Part shown: positions 1-10,712 of the stretch, one piece after another
Layout: each line of letters begins with the position of its first letter
How positions within the stretch are numbered: position 1 is the first letter of the stretch
Source of the DNA: Bugula neritina
Taxonomy: Eukaryota; Animalia; Bryozoa
Assembly (NCBI GenBank): GCA_964035545.1
Contig: OZ037770.1
Coordinates: 9,120,973-9,184,972, forward strand
Length of the DNA: 64,000 nucleotides
Direction: 5' to 3'
Position numbers and translations under genes: made by a program
Notes under the pieces: model-generated
Told to the model about the DNA's origin: nothing
Databases searched by the model: none
What the model saw: the letters and a program-made list of their open reading frames with translations, nothing else

Positions 1-366
1 GCATTCGCTTCAACTAACTTTATCCAGCTTCAAGATTATGTAAAGTTTTAGTTCTTAAATGAAAATGACTTTATTAACGACCATACTTCTAGTTTGTTAT
101 GATTATATTATTAATATATAAATATAATTATTTTTAATTTGTGAAACTGAATCAGAATCAGAATGACACCCTCACACTCACAGTTATGGCATTGGTGGAG
201 ATATAGAAAATTGAACTAATTTGAGTTTTGTTCGAGTTTCCAGTCCACCACAAAGAAACCACGTTACACGAAGAATCTTCAACTTGGATCCTGCTCTTCA
301 GAGAGGAACTGTGAGCCCAAGGACAGCTACAGTTTCATTTTGCACTCCGCAGTCAAACTCAAAGTA

Positions 367-445
367 GGACTTTGCCCAGATTAGAGCAACGCCTCTTTCG
401 GAAATGACGTCAAAATATGAATGCTAGCATCGTCAGGGTTACCCC
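367..445. promoter_or_regulatory. Candidate regulatory cluster upstream of an off-window TRIM copy (kB-like and CRE motifs)
   Basis: GGACTTTGCC at 367, TGACGTCA 405-412 preceded by CGGAAA, GGGTTACCCC 436-445. Region is paralogous to ~58090-58940 upstream of G4, which keeps GGGTTACCCC at 58533-58542. Confidence 0.35.
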
Positions 446-555
446 CTCTTGTTTTCATAAAATTTTACTAAAGTTAGAAGTGACAGTTGCTTGCACTGAA
501 CTGAAATTATAGTTCAATGGTTGCTTGGGTGACGATTCTAGCTGCACATCACAAA

Positions 556-1308
556 CACCGGCTTTCCATGTACCGATCTCAGATCGATCTCAGGGAGATC
601 GATCCATGGAAAGACGTCAAAGATCGATCTCAGTCGTTCTGAGCTGGTCGGTCTGTGGAGCTCGAACTCAGATCGATCTCAAGGCAATAAGACCATGGAA
701 AGACGAAAGATCGATCCGAGAAGTAGAAAAATGACTGCGCGCTACAATGTCGTCTGCTAATGAAAATGATAACTTATTGATAATTACTAAGCAAAGTATT
801 AAATAATTATGATAGCTACTTTTTCAGATGCCAAAACTTTGACTTTCACTACAATGATTAAGAAAACTCAATTATATGCAGTAGAAGGTAAAAAGAAATG
901 GGAGAATTTAAATTGAATTTAAATGACTATTAAAACTTAGTTTCATTAGCTAGTTTCTTTGTAATTTTAAGCCTAACAGTCCTGTAAGTTTATTAATAAT
1001 CTACAAGACAGCCATTAATTTTATATAAGCTGTCAAGCTAAAAAATTAAAATTAAATATTTTAAATTGGCCAAATTACCATACACTGAAAGCTTTGCTGC
1101 GTATAGTTTATAGCTGGGGTTGAATTTTAGACTAAGACCATCTTGTTTTCAACAGTAGTAGCTTTAATCACTCAAATAGGTGAACAAATTATACTTTTAA
1201 AGTATCCTTCACTTAAGAGTAGGCAACTTCGCGAGATCGATCTGACACTCTCATGGAAAAACGATCGATCTGAGCACAATTCTCAGATCGGTACATGGAA
1301 AGCCCGTG
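556..1308. mobile_element. Non-autonomous TIR DNA transposon (MITE family A), copy 1
   Basis: TIRs CACCGGCTTTCCATGTACCGATCT / AGATCGGTACATGGAAAGCCCGTG, many internal AGATCGATCT palindromes. Absent from the paralogous site near 58615 (catcac-aat-gacatg), implying a 3-bp AAT target (left copy reads AAA). Confidence 0.85.
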
Positions 1309-1630
1309 AATGACATGTCGCTATGGTTATAGTGTGACGTGACCAAGCTACACAACATTACGAAGTCTGTCTTTCATAATAATTATATCACAGTCAGCTA
1401 GAGGCTGTCCCATCTCTGTATCCACAACTCAAAAACAAGTTTTTTGAACTCAAATTGCATTTCAATTATAGCAACGAGCTGATAGTTTAGAATAACCATA
1501 TATAAAGCTATTGATTGTTTAGTCAACACATTTGTGCTGATCTATGAAACATGTATGCTGTTCTAAAGCCTAACAATTAAATTCACTCAATATAATACAG
1601 CCGAAACTTGTAAGTATGGCTGGAATATAT

Positions 1631-1909
1631 TGTAGTAATTCGTGCAATTACTGTGCGTGGGTTCCTAGCTTGTAATTATAGTCTATTTATCCACATCAAT
1701 AAAGTATTTAAGTAAGATTCCACAAGGTTTATTTACTACTAAGTATATTGAAAGATACAAAAAGTACGCAGATTAGAAAAACTACATCTTTACTTGTTTA
1801 GTATGCTCTCTCTATTCTACTGCTACTACTACTCGCTGAGGGTTATCACATGACGCACTCTGATTGGCTAAAGGGGCTTGGGGGACGCGCGTATTACGTA
1901 CTCACTACA
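1631..1909 (-). repeat. E1 3' LTR (279 bp)
   Basis: Direct repeat of 8957-9233 (one substitution and a 2-bp indel seen); TGTAGT...ACTACA termini. Confidence 0.97.
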
Positions 1910-2269
1910 CCGCCCCCCCCCCCCCAGAAAGCCCTACTTTCTGATAACACAGATACAGTTAATACTAAGACATAAAACGTTACAAAAACTATAGAACTGA
2001 GAGAGCGTATGGCACACCAAAGAAAGAACATGACTATGTACAGTAATAAAAAAAGGTATATAAAAAAAATATATAACAATAAAACACACGATGACACTGA
2101 TGGGAGGCACTTGTAAGTGAATAGTCCATAGAGTTAGAGATGCATACTTGTAGGTTACCATAAGATTGTCACACTGAGGAATTGTTTGTTAGCACCGGGC
2201 ATGAGAGGGGTTCGAGATGGGGCACCACCTGCGGTACCATCACGGGTAGGGAGTTTGGGGATGTCGTCT

Positions 2270-3358
2270 TCAAGCGCTTCCTTTCATTCGGGCTACAGAG
2301 GCAGAGAGGGCCCGGAGTTCAGACGCGGCGGCAGAGATTCTCGGTGTCAGTCTTTGCACTTCTTTCTCTAGTTCTCGTATCCGCTCTTCTGCTTCTCCTA
2401 GGTTCTGGGCGGGGGCAGAGTGCCGGTTGGGAGACGAAGATGGCCAGCGCCGTTTACGAGAAGGCCTTGGGGAGACGGGGGGAGAGGGACGCCATCGCTG
2501 TGGTACTTCGATGCGTCGTAGCACGACTCTGGGTATGGAGTCGGGGCGGGGCACTGTGCGTGCGGGGGGTGATGGGCGGGGTACGTGTGGTCTCCTATAT
2601 CCGGGTGGTTTAGGGCAGGGTCCTTGCGTGATGGTCCTGGGTGCGGGGAATTCCTGACGCAGCCGTTCGTAGCGAGCTGGGTCTGATATGAACGGTCGGA
2701 TGAGATCAAGGAATTGTGGAAAGGAGGGTTCGTCGACTTCGAAAAGGTGTCCAACGTGGCATCCCATAGTTCGCTGGTGACGGAGGATGTAGTCCCTGTG
2801 GTAACTATATTCACCACAGGGACAAAAGTTGGTGAAATAATGTTGGGGAACGTGAACTCGAAGTCTTCGTGGGGTGGTGAAATGAACCTGGCATAAACGG
2901 CAGGTGGTGCATTGGTCGTCTCCCTTATGTTCTCGTATAAGTGCTTCTGTGTCTGGGGTAACCCAGCATGACTGGTGTAAGAGTGCCTCCAGAAGTGTAG
3001 TGGGAACGGGTTCCTCGTTCCAAGCCATTTCCAATGACGGCATGTCACAGGGAAGAGGAGAGAGAGCGGTATCTAAAAGAGCAGAATTACTGTTAGATCG
3101 AGTGTGATCTTTACACCATAATTCTGATGACAACCGACTGTTACTAGTCTGGGAGTCATACATCTTTTTAGATAGCACTTGAGGGACTGAGTCGTGTCGT
3201 GTAGACTGACAGAGAGACATAGTGTCAAGCTCCAGATCTAGTAGATCGTCGGCCATCGTTATGTTCTCGTCGCCTTTCACGTAGGACTCAGTCCCCAGTA
3301 GTTGTGATTCAATCAAGGCGATTGAATCAGAACTGACTGATGGTAGACTTGTTTCCAT
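2270..3358 (-). CDS. E1 ORF3: 362-aa zinc-finger / PxVxL / coiled-coil accessory protein (intact)
   Basis: CRLC-x12-H-x3-H (C2H2) then CPC-x12-H-x5-C; PRVVLRRI; RPSRKRR; heptad coil LGEAEERIRELEKEVQRL; homologous ORFs in E2 and E3. Confidence 0.85.
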   Translation of the reverse strand: METSLPSVSSDSIALIESQLLGTESYVKGDENITMADDLLDLELDTMSLCQSTRHDSVPQVLSKKMYDSQTSNSRLSSELWCKDHTRSNSNSALLDTALSPLPCDMPSLEMAWNEEPVPTTLLEALLHQSCWVTPDTEALIREHKGDDQCTTCRLCQVHFTTPRRLRVHVPQHYFTNFCPCGEYSYHRDYILRHQRTMGCHVGHLFEVDEPSFPQFLDLIRPFISDPARYERLRQEFPAPRTITQGPCPKPPGYRRPHVPRPSPPARTVPRPDSIPRVVLRRIEVPQRWRPSPPVSPRPSRKRRWPSSSPNRHSAPAQNLGEAEERIRELEKEVQRLTPRISAAASELRALSASVARMKGSA

Positions 3359-3423
3359 GAGTGGAAATGTTAGCTCAGAGCAAGCTTACCTGAGAACCCG
3401 GTATTTGTAATCATACTCAGCGT

Positions 3424-6400
3424 TCAAGCTTGGATGTCCGTGGATTGAGTTTGAATGCGTCTGCCCTTGACAACGTCAGCGTAGGAAAAGACTGGGCAGC
3501 GTGGTTGTTGCGCGCGACTGGAACTATTTGCCCCGGGTGTAGTAGTTTTGTTTACTACTCCGCCTTCGCAAAAGTTGAGATTTCCGTGGTGTTCACAACT
3601 CCCACGCTTTGCTGCCAGTCCTTCCGTACGGCGCCCAGCTGGACTTTCGTAACTGCCGTTTGTAACACGGTCACATACGAAGTCTTTCAGGTATGCTGGG
3701 GGTTGTCTAGTACGCTGTCCCCGTCCCAGGGGAGGTGACGTATCAGCTGGAGATGGGGTTGTAGTTGCTGGTTGGGGCGGTGTGCTCACTGGTGGGCTAT
3801 TTTGCTCTACCTGTGGCGTTTCTAGCCCGCCGTTGATGATGGTGTTTCCCTCTCCGCTGTTGTCTCCGGATGGAGCCCCTCCCACGGGGGGGGTTTTGCA
3901 CTTCCGGACGCGGACGCGGACGCGGATCCGGAAGTGGTGGGGGTAGACTTGGTACTGGGGGCGGTGGGCGCACTTCCGTTGGTAGGAGTGGCGTTTCCTG
4001 CCTCACCAAGTCCTCCTCCCGCGGCACAACCACTTCGTATTCTGGTCCATGCCGTTGCCGCCCGCGCGTTGCTGTCTGCCTCCTGGGCTTCAACAACGGG
4101 GGGGCTGCTCCTGCTGCTCCTGGGCTAGCCCAATACGGTTTCAAGCGAGCTTCATTCTGGACAGAGACCTGTCCAGATCGCTCCAACTTGTCTGTATGAT
4201 TGGGCATTGCCTCAACTACAACGTAGGGTCCCACAAACTTAGGCTGGAGCTTAGCCGCTTGTCCTCGACGCCTACGGTAGTTGATCATCCACACCCAGTC
4301 CCCAGTTTGATAGAGGGGTGGTTCCTGAGAGTCCTCCTGCCGTACCTGCCACTGCTTTGCTTGCAGTATTTCGTGTGCGGCACTCAGGTCCTCTATCAAT
4401 TTACTGGCATACTCGTGGATAGTATAGTCCTGCTCTGGGATGTGGTATGTGAGGTGGTCAGGCACTCGCGTCTCCCGACCGAGTATCAGGAGGTTAGGGG
4501 TTTCCCCCGTACTGGTGTGTGGTGTAATACGGTAGGCCCGCATTACTTGCGGTAGTACCGTATCCCATTCCTCCTGACCCCGGCCGAGGAGCAGACTGCG
4601 CAGTGCATCGCCCAACATGCGGTTGTTGCGTTCCACCACCCCATTGCCCTGAGGATGGTACGGGTTGGTCCTGCTTTGGTTTACTCCCCAGAGGCGGCAG
4701 AGGTCGCTCAACAGTTGGGACTGGAATTGAGCCCCCTGATCCGAATGTATCTGTTCGGGTAGTCCGAGATAGCAGAATACATTTTGGTCCAGCACCCTGG
4801 CCACCGTGGGGGCGGACGCATCTGGAATAGCCAGGGCGTCCGCCCACCGTGTAAAGTGGTCGGTTAATACTAGGATCCAACTGTGTCCTCTGGGGGTGAC
4901 GGGCATGGGTCCGACTAGGTCGATAGCTACCACCTGCCATGGCCTCCCAGCATATAGCCTACGCCGTCCCGCTTCGCCAGGGAGACGGCCATGCTTGCTG
5001 GCCTGGCAGATTTCGCATTGTTTGACTTTACGCCGTACCTCACGCTCCATGCCGGGCCAGTACCACCGGAGCTGTAACTTGAAGAGCACCCTGCTTACCC
5101 CGGCGTGGGCCTGTTTGTGGGTGTCCCATACTAACTCCCAGCGTATGGCGGCTGGGCAGATCACCCGCTTTCTTCCGTACTGGCTGTTGTGGGCGGCCAC
5201 TGTGATGGTCAGCAGACCATCTGGCCCGATCCGCAGCGAGTCCCAACGTTGACAGTACGACCGTAACTCGGTGCATCCCTGCCGCAGCTGTTCTTCACTG
5301 GGTCGTCGCCCCTCCTTTTTGGCGCGATATACGTCGGCTACTACTCCGGGGAGGTTCTCCTGGAGTCTTCGTAGCTCCCTGACGTTATCAGCCAAGACAG
5401 GATTGGCACGGAGGCGTTGGATAGCCTCCGGGGGCGTAGTGGCCTTCCGTAGGAGTTGACCCTGGTCCCAGTCATACTCCGTTTCAGAGTGGTTCAATGC
5501 TCTCAACTCGGATTTTGGGGGACCTCCATCCCTCTTCTCGATGTTGAGACACTGCTTGCACCCCTCGTCCGGTCGCCGGCTCAGTCCATCAGCATTGCCG
5601 TGTTTCTTACCGGGCCGGTGCTCGATCCGGTAAGAGAACTCGGCCAGGACCTCGAGCCATCGGGCGACTTGGCTGGACGGTTCTGCTCTCTTGCATAACC
5701 AAATCAAGGAGGCGTGGTCGGTCCGCAAGCGGAACTTCCTGCCGTATAGATAAGGTCTGAAATGCTTCACCGACTTGATTACTGCCAGCAGTTCCTTTCG
5801 GGTAGTGCAGTAATCTCGTTCAGTGGGTGAGAGAGACTTACTGTAATAGGCCACGACCACTTCGCGGCCCTCCTGCACCTGGGACAGCACAGCGCCGACA
5901 TTTTGGTCACTGGCGTCGGTATCGAGAATGTACTCCAGGGCAGGGTCTGGATAGGCTAGGATAAGGGCCTCCAGCAGGCGGCCCTTGAGGCAGTCGAACG
6001 CTCTCTGTTCGACGGGAGTCCACTGCCAGGTCACCCCCTTTGCGGTGAGCCGGTTTAATGGCTGCGCTACCCCCGCAAAGTCTGGTATGTATTGCCTGTA
6101 ATACCCTACCAGCCCCAGGAAAGCCCGTAGTCCGGTCAAATCCTGAGGGGTTACCCAATCTTTTATAGCTTGTACCTTTTCGGGATCCGTCGCCACACCG
6201 TGACGGCCGACGACGTGTCCCAGGTACTTCACCTCTGGCTGCAAGAGAGCGCACTTGGAGGGTTTGAGCTTTAGATTGGCACCTCGGAGTCGATCGAAGA
6301 CCTCCCGCAGACGGATGACGTGTGTCTGAAAGTCTGGGGAGATCACGATGACGTCGTCGAGGTATACCAGCAGTGTCTTCCAGTGGATTCCACTGAGGAC

Positions 6401-8894
6401 CTGTTCCATGAGCCGCTGGAACGTGGCGGGGGCAGAAGTCAGTCCAAAGGGGAGGACTTTCCACTTCCATAAGCCGTCCCGCGTGATGAACGCCGCCTTC
6501 TCCTGGGCGTCCGGGCTGAGGGGGACCTGCCAATAGCCGCTCAACAAGTCTAGCGTACTGAAGTACTTGCTGCCGGCTAAGGCGTCCAGAGATTCGTCGA
6601 TCCTGGGTAAGGGGTAGGCGTCCTGTATGGTCACGCTATTGAGCTTGCGATAATCCACACACAACCGCCAACTGCCGTCTTTCTTTCGGACCAGGACGAC
6701 CAGCGAGCTCCACGCACTATGTGCTGGCTCGATGAGGCCGCGGTCCAAAAGATCCCGGACTTGTTGGCTGACCTCCTTTTCCTTCTCGGGTCCCAGCCTC
6801 CTAGTGGGCTGTCGAATAGGGGTAGTCCCTGCAGCTAGCGATATCTCATGACGGACGGCCGTGGTCAGGCCGACGTCATGGTCCCCGCTGCTGAACACGT
6901 CGCTATAATCACGTAGCAACTGAGCCATGGCCTGGCGTTCCACGTTGCTCGTGCAGCCGTCACACGCTGCCTGGTATAGCTCTTTGACATGTGGTGGGAT
7001 GGTCCCCCGCCTAACTGACAGGCTCTGTTGGGGACCTTCCGTCGCAGCTCCCAGCGACGACCCTATATCCTCCTCCTGAACGGAGTGGAAGCGACCCAGC
7101 ATGGATCCTGACGGCAATTGTACCGCTTCGGAGAAGGGGTTGACACACTGCACCAAGATCTCTCCTCAGTCAGTCAGCCGGTTAAGACTGCTGGCGAGTT
7201 GGATTCTTGTGTGTGCACCTTCGACAACCCCTAACCCCGAGAGTTGGCTATTGTTCACTCTGCAGTGAACGGTAGCCCGGGAGCGGCCGGGTATAGTACA
7301 GTTCCGTACTACCTGCACACCTCCCGCTAGGGGACGACCGAACTTGTCGACACAGGCGAGCTCCCTGCCGTTCATTAGCATGGCTGACTTGCTAAAGTCA
7401 ATATGGCACCCGTGTCTCTTCAAGAACGGCATCCCCAGTATGGCATCTTCTTCAAGTTGGCTGATGACGAAGGTTTCCTGAATGACCTGGTCGCAGACGC
7501 GCCCAGTCAGTTCTATGATACCGTAGAAAGGAATCCGTGACCCGTCAGCTAGGGTGCCCGGTTCCCCGGTATAGGGAGCTAAGGCTCCCCTCTCCCTAGG
7601 GGGGAGGGTGTCAAAGACCCGACGGCTGAGGAGATTAGTGGTACACCCGGAGTCTAACAGAAAGGTGACAGCTTTGCCAGCCACCTTTCTTGGCAAGAAG
7701 TAGCTGCCTCCGTGAGGTTGTACCCGTACTCCCCCAGCATGCTCGGTCTCGGCCGAACGGGGCTGTGCCCGTTTGTTCCGCGGTTTGCGGGGCCGGTGAG
7801 AGTTTCCTTGCGGGGGGGGGGGTGTTTTGATCCCCCCCGATGCCCTGAGGGGCCTCGCTGGTCTGCTCCATTACTGGTAACGGACCGAAGCGGTTGGTAA
7901 GAGGCAGAGAGAAGGGGTCTCGTGGTCGACCCGATTGGCTGGTTCGGCGGGGTGTTTGCCACTGATGGGGGGCGTGCCGCTGGGCCCGTACAGGCTCCTG
8001 GCGACACCCACCCCGTTTTCCTCTCGGTTTGGGTCCGCGGAGCTCTGGAGGTCTCCGGGGAGGTTGAGGTTTCTGCTGCCGTTTGAATCGTGGGCCGCTT
8101 GAGCGGCGGTGTCCCTGGATGCCGCATTCCCAGCGTTGCATAGTGGGTCTGGGGGGTTTTGTGGCTGGTCTCTTATATTTCCTGGAGTGGTTGTATGTTA
8201 TGGTCGCCACCAATTGTCCCAGTTTAGTCATCAAGCGGTCCATCTCCATCTCTATAGGGGGGTTAGTGGTAGCGGCAGCTAGGCGGACCGGGTGGTCTGG
8301 CTCCCTAGGGGTCCGTGGGGTAGTCTCCTCCGTCTTGTAGAGTTGCTCGGCCCCAGCGTAGGCCTTGTTTTCTTGGATTGCGGCCTCGATTGTGGTTACT
8401 CCCTTGGCTTGTAACTGGTGGTGGAAGTCCAAAGAGTTGAGGGACTGTACAAAAGCTTCGAATGTATAGTGCCGTCTGTGTGTTTCTGGCAGATCGCTCT
8501 ACGCGGTCCGTGCCAGTCTCTGCACCAGAGTGGCGTGATCAGGAAGCGGTGTACATGTCTTGCGGAGCAGTCCCTGCAGCCTGGACTCGGCGACGGCAAC
8601 GGGTATGCCAAAACGGGCCCGTAGTGTAGCAATGATCCCATTTACGCTAGATTTCCACCCGTACGGCTTGGCTTCTTCCATCAGTGCCATTCGCAGTTTC
8701 GCAAGAGTTACTCTTGGCGGCCATCTTGTAATGGCTGCAACTTCATGGAACTCTTGAATGAACTGTTCAACATCTTCAAGGCCCGTGAATACGGGAACCT
8801 CTAATGTATTCCTATATGCCTCCTCTCCAGCTCTGAAAGGGCCTATGATAATATTTCGCTCACATTCTTCCATTGAAGTTACACTTTCGTCCAT
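3424..8894 (-). pseudogene. E1 gag-pol, disrupted
   Basis: gag from ATG 8894 with in-frame TAG at 8499-8501; frameshift near the G run ~7812-7822; TGA at 7166-7168 where E2/E3 have CGA; RT-RH-IN ORF 3797-7156; frameshift near the G run ~3890; degenerate knuckle WECGIQGH. Confidence 0.9.
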
Positions 8895-8937
8895 GATGTT
8901 CTAATACTTTCTCATTGTCTTTATACAGTAGCTAGTG

Positions 8938-8955
8938 ATCCCACCGCTGCCACCA
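8938..8955 (-). other. Primer-binding site, tRNA-Leu type
   Basis: TGGTGGCAGCGGTGGGAT, 1 nt from the 5' LTR; complementary to the metazoan tRNA-Leu 3' end ...AUCCCACCGCUGCCACCA (recalled); identical to the E3 PBS at 27999-28016. Confidence 0.85.
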
Positions 8956-8956
8956 C

Positions 8957-9233
8957 TGTAGTAATTCGTGCAATTACTGTGCGTGGGTTCCTAGCTTGTA
9001 ATTATAGTCTATTTATCCACATCAATAAAGTATTTAAGTAAGATTCCACAAGGTTTATTTACTACTAAGTATATTGAAAGATACAAAAAGTACGCAGATT
9101 AGAAAAACTACATCTTTACTTGTTTAGTACGCTCTCTCTACTACTGCTACTACTACTCGCTGAGGGTTATCACATGACGCACTCTGATTGGCTAAAGGGG
9201 CTTGGGGGACGCGCGTATTACGTACTCACTACA
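8957..9233 (-). repeat. E1 5' LTR (277 bp)
   Basis: Direct repeat of 1631-1909, adjacent to the PBS. Confidence 0.97.
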
Positions 9234-10712
9234 ATATACAGGTAACAGATGTAAGTAACTTATACAGGTAGCTTATGCAGGTAACTTATTATGCATATTA
9301 GTGGCAAGTTACTACCTCTGTTTACTATAATGTAATGCAGTCCCAGATGTGTACTATTTCTCAGTGAATATCACAGTTTTATTTTTTGATATAATAAAAC
9401 CACTTTATTCTGAAATCAGTTTTTGATTTTGGATCATCTCATTCATATCTTTGAACCTGGCTGAACATGTTTAAATAGTATTGTTTCACACAGCTTTTAG
9501 TTATCTAATGTTAAAGCAATTATTTTTATTTAATAACTTTCTTACAGCAACAAGTAAAAACAGTGCTAGGCTTGCTTCTCCAATAACCCAACATAGGCAA
9601 GAACATACACTCTTCACCAACATTGTAATAATAGCTTTCTTTTAATTTATTATAAACATTGCACTGAACATGAATAAAACTGTATTGCAAACTTGCTGAT
9701 AGCGAGAAGTCAAGGTAAGCCAACTTCTCTAATAACTCAAGTAAGAATCTACAACTCTGCATCTATAACAGGCTGCTACATTGCTAATGTTATACTCTAT
9801 ACATAATAGAAATTCTGTAACCTACTTTACTGCAATAAGACATGGTGATGTGTTCATATAGTGAAATATTTACTCAGTAGCAGCTGCAATCACTTTGATT
9901 TATTCACTCTTTATAGGATATATTGGAATAATTATTCACGTTGAATATTATTCTAGGACAGCCAATCAAATGATAAGATAATCACACAGTATCAAACAGG
10001 TTATAGACTACATTATGTAAAACATTAGCTTGTCATACAAATATAGGGAATTTAAAGTAGCATAAATGATACACTAGAATGAATGTCGGAGTAGTGAATG
10101 GTACACATTGTGACATAATAGAATTGCAGTCTGTAGTAAATGTTGACATAAATACATTGATCTCTACATAACCATTTAATACAAATAGGTCATTGGGACA
10201 TTAGGTAAAATATAAGCTCGATATACAAATATGGTAACTTAAAATCAGCATAAGCTATGAAGTGAAAATAATGTAGCAGTATTGAATAATATTAAACATT
10301 AAAGGATAAGCATTGGGATATAATAGCGTTTCAGTTTGTAGGCTGTGTGAAAATAAGTTATTACTTGAAATTATCTATGTTTAGGTGTGTATGTTAGTTA
10401 CTGGCATGTAATACAGCCTCCCACACCTTGAATAACTAAATAAGTGAGTTACTGGGACGTCACACAGCCTGCCACACTGTATCATAGCTCCATGTTGAAG
10501 AACTCAGTCTGCAGAGTCAAAGTTGAGAATCATCTAGAAATAACAGACACAGTGTATATGTAGAAGTTGTACATCTCAGACATATCACCACAAATATGTA
10601 CATTAGTAGAAAACACAGAGTTGAGCACCAGATGTATTCAAACAGAGTCTAGTGTGATAAACAATATAATAAATGTACCACAAGATGGAATAATATCCTG
10701 TCACACACCTGT

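Larger units (their letters stand above)
1631..9233 (-). mobile_element. Ty3/Gypsy LTR retrotransposon E1 (family A), full length, with extra ORF3
   Basis: TG..CA LTRs 1631-1909 and 8957-9233; ATAT TSD (1627-1630, 9234-9237) confirmed by the empty paralogous site near 58935; PBS; G-run PPT 1910-1925; gag, PR (LLDSG), RT (YLDD), RNase H (DTDAS), IN (HHCC, DDE, GPY) in Gypsy order. Confidence 0.97.

Noticed and set aside
525-734. Small ORFs at 525-734, 25996-26384, 44243-44452, 58318-58557
   Set aside because: They lie in MITEs or non-coding paralogous sequence whose other copies are interrupted or lack the frame.
2270-3358. ORF3 as an envelope gene
   Set aside because: Position fits env, but there is no signal peptide or transmembrane segment; the motifs are zinc fingers and a basic patch.
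2182-8757. Numerous short overlapping or antisense ORFs within E1 (likewise in E2 and E3)
   Set aside because: Expected shadows of GC-rich coding sequence; no independent motifs.
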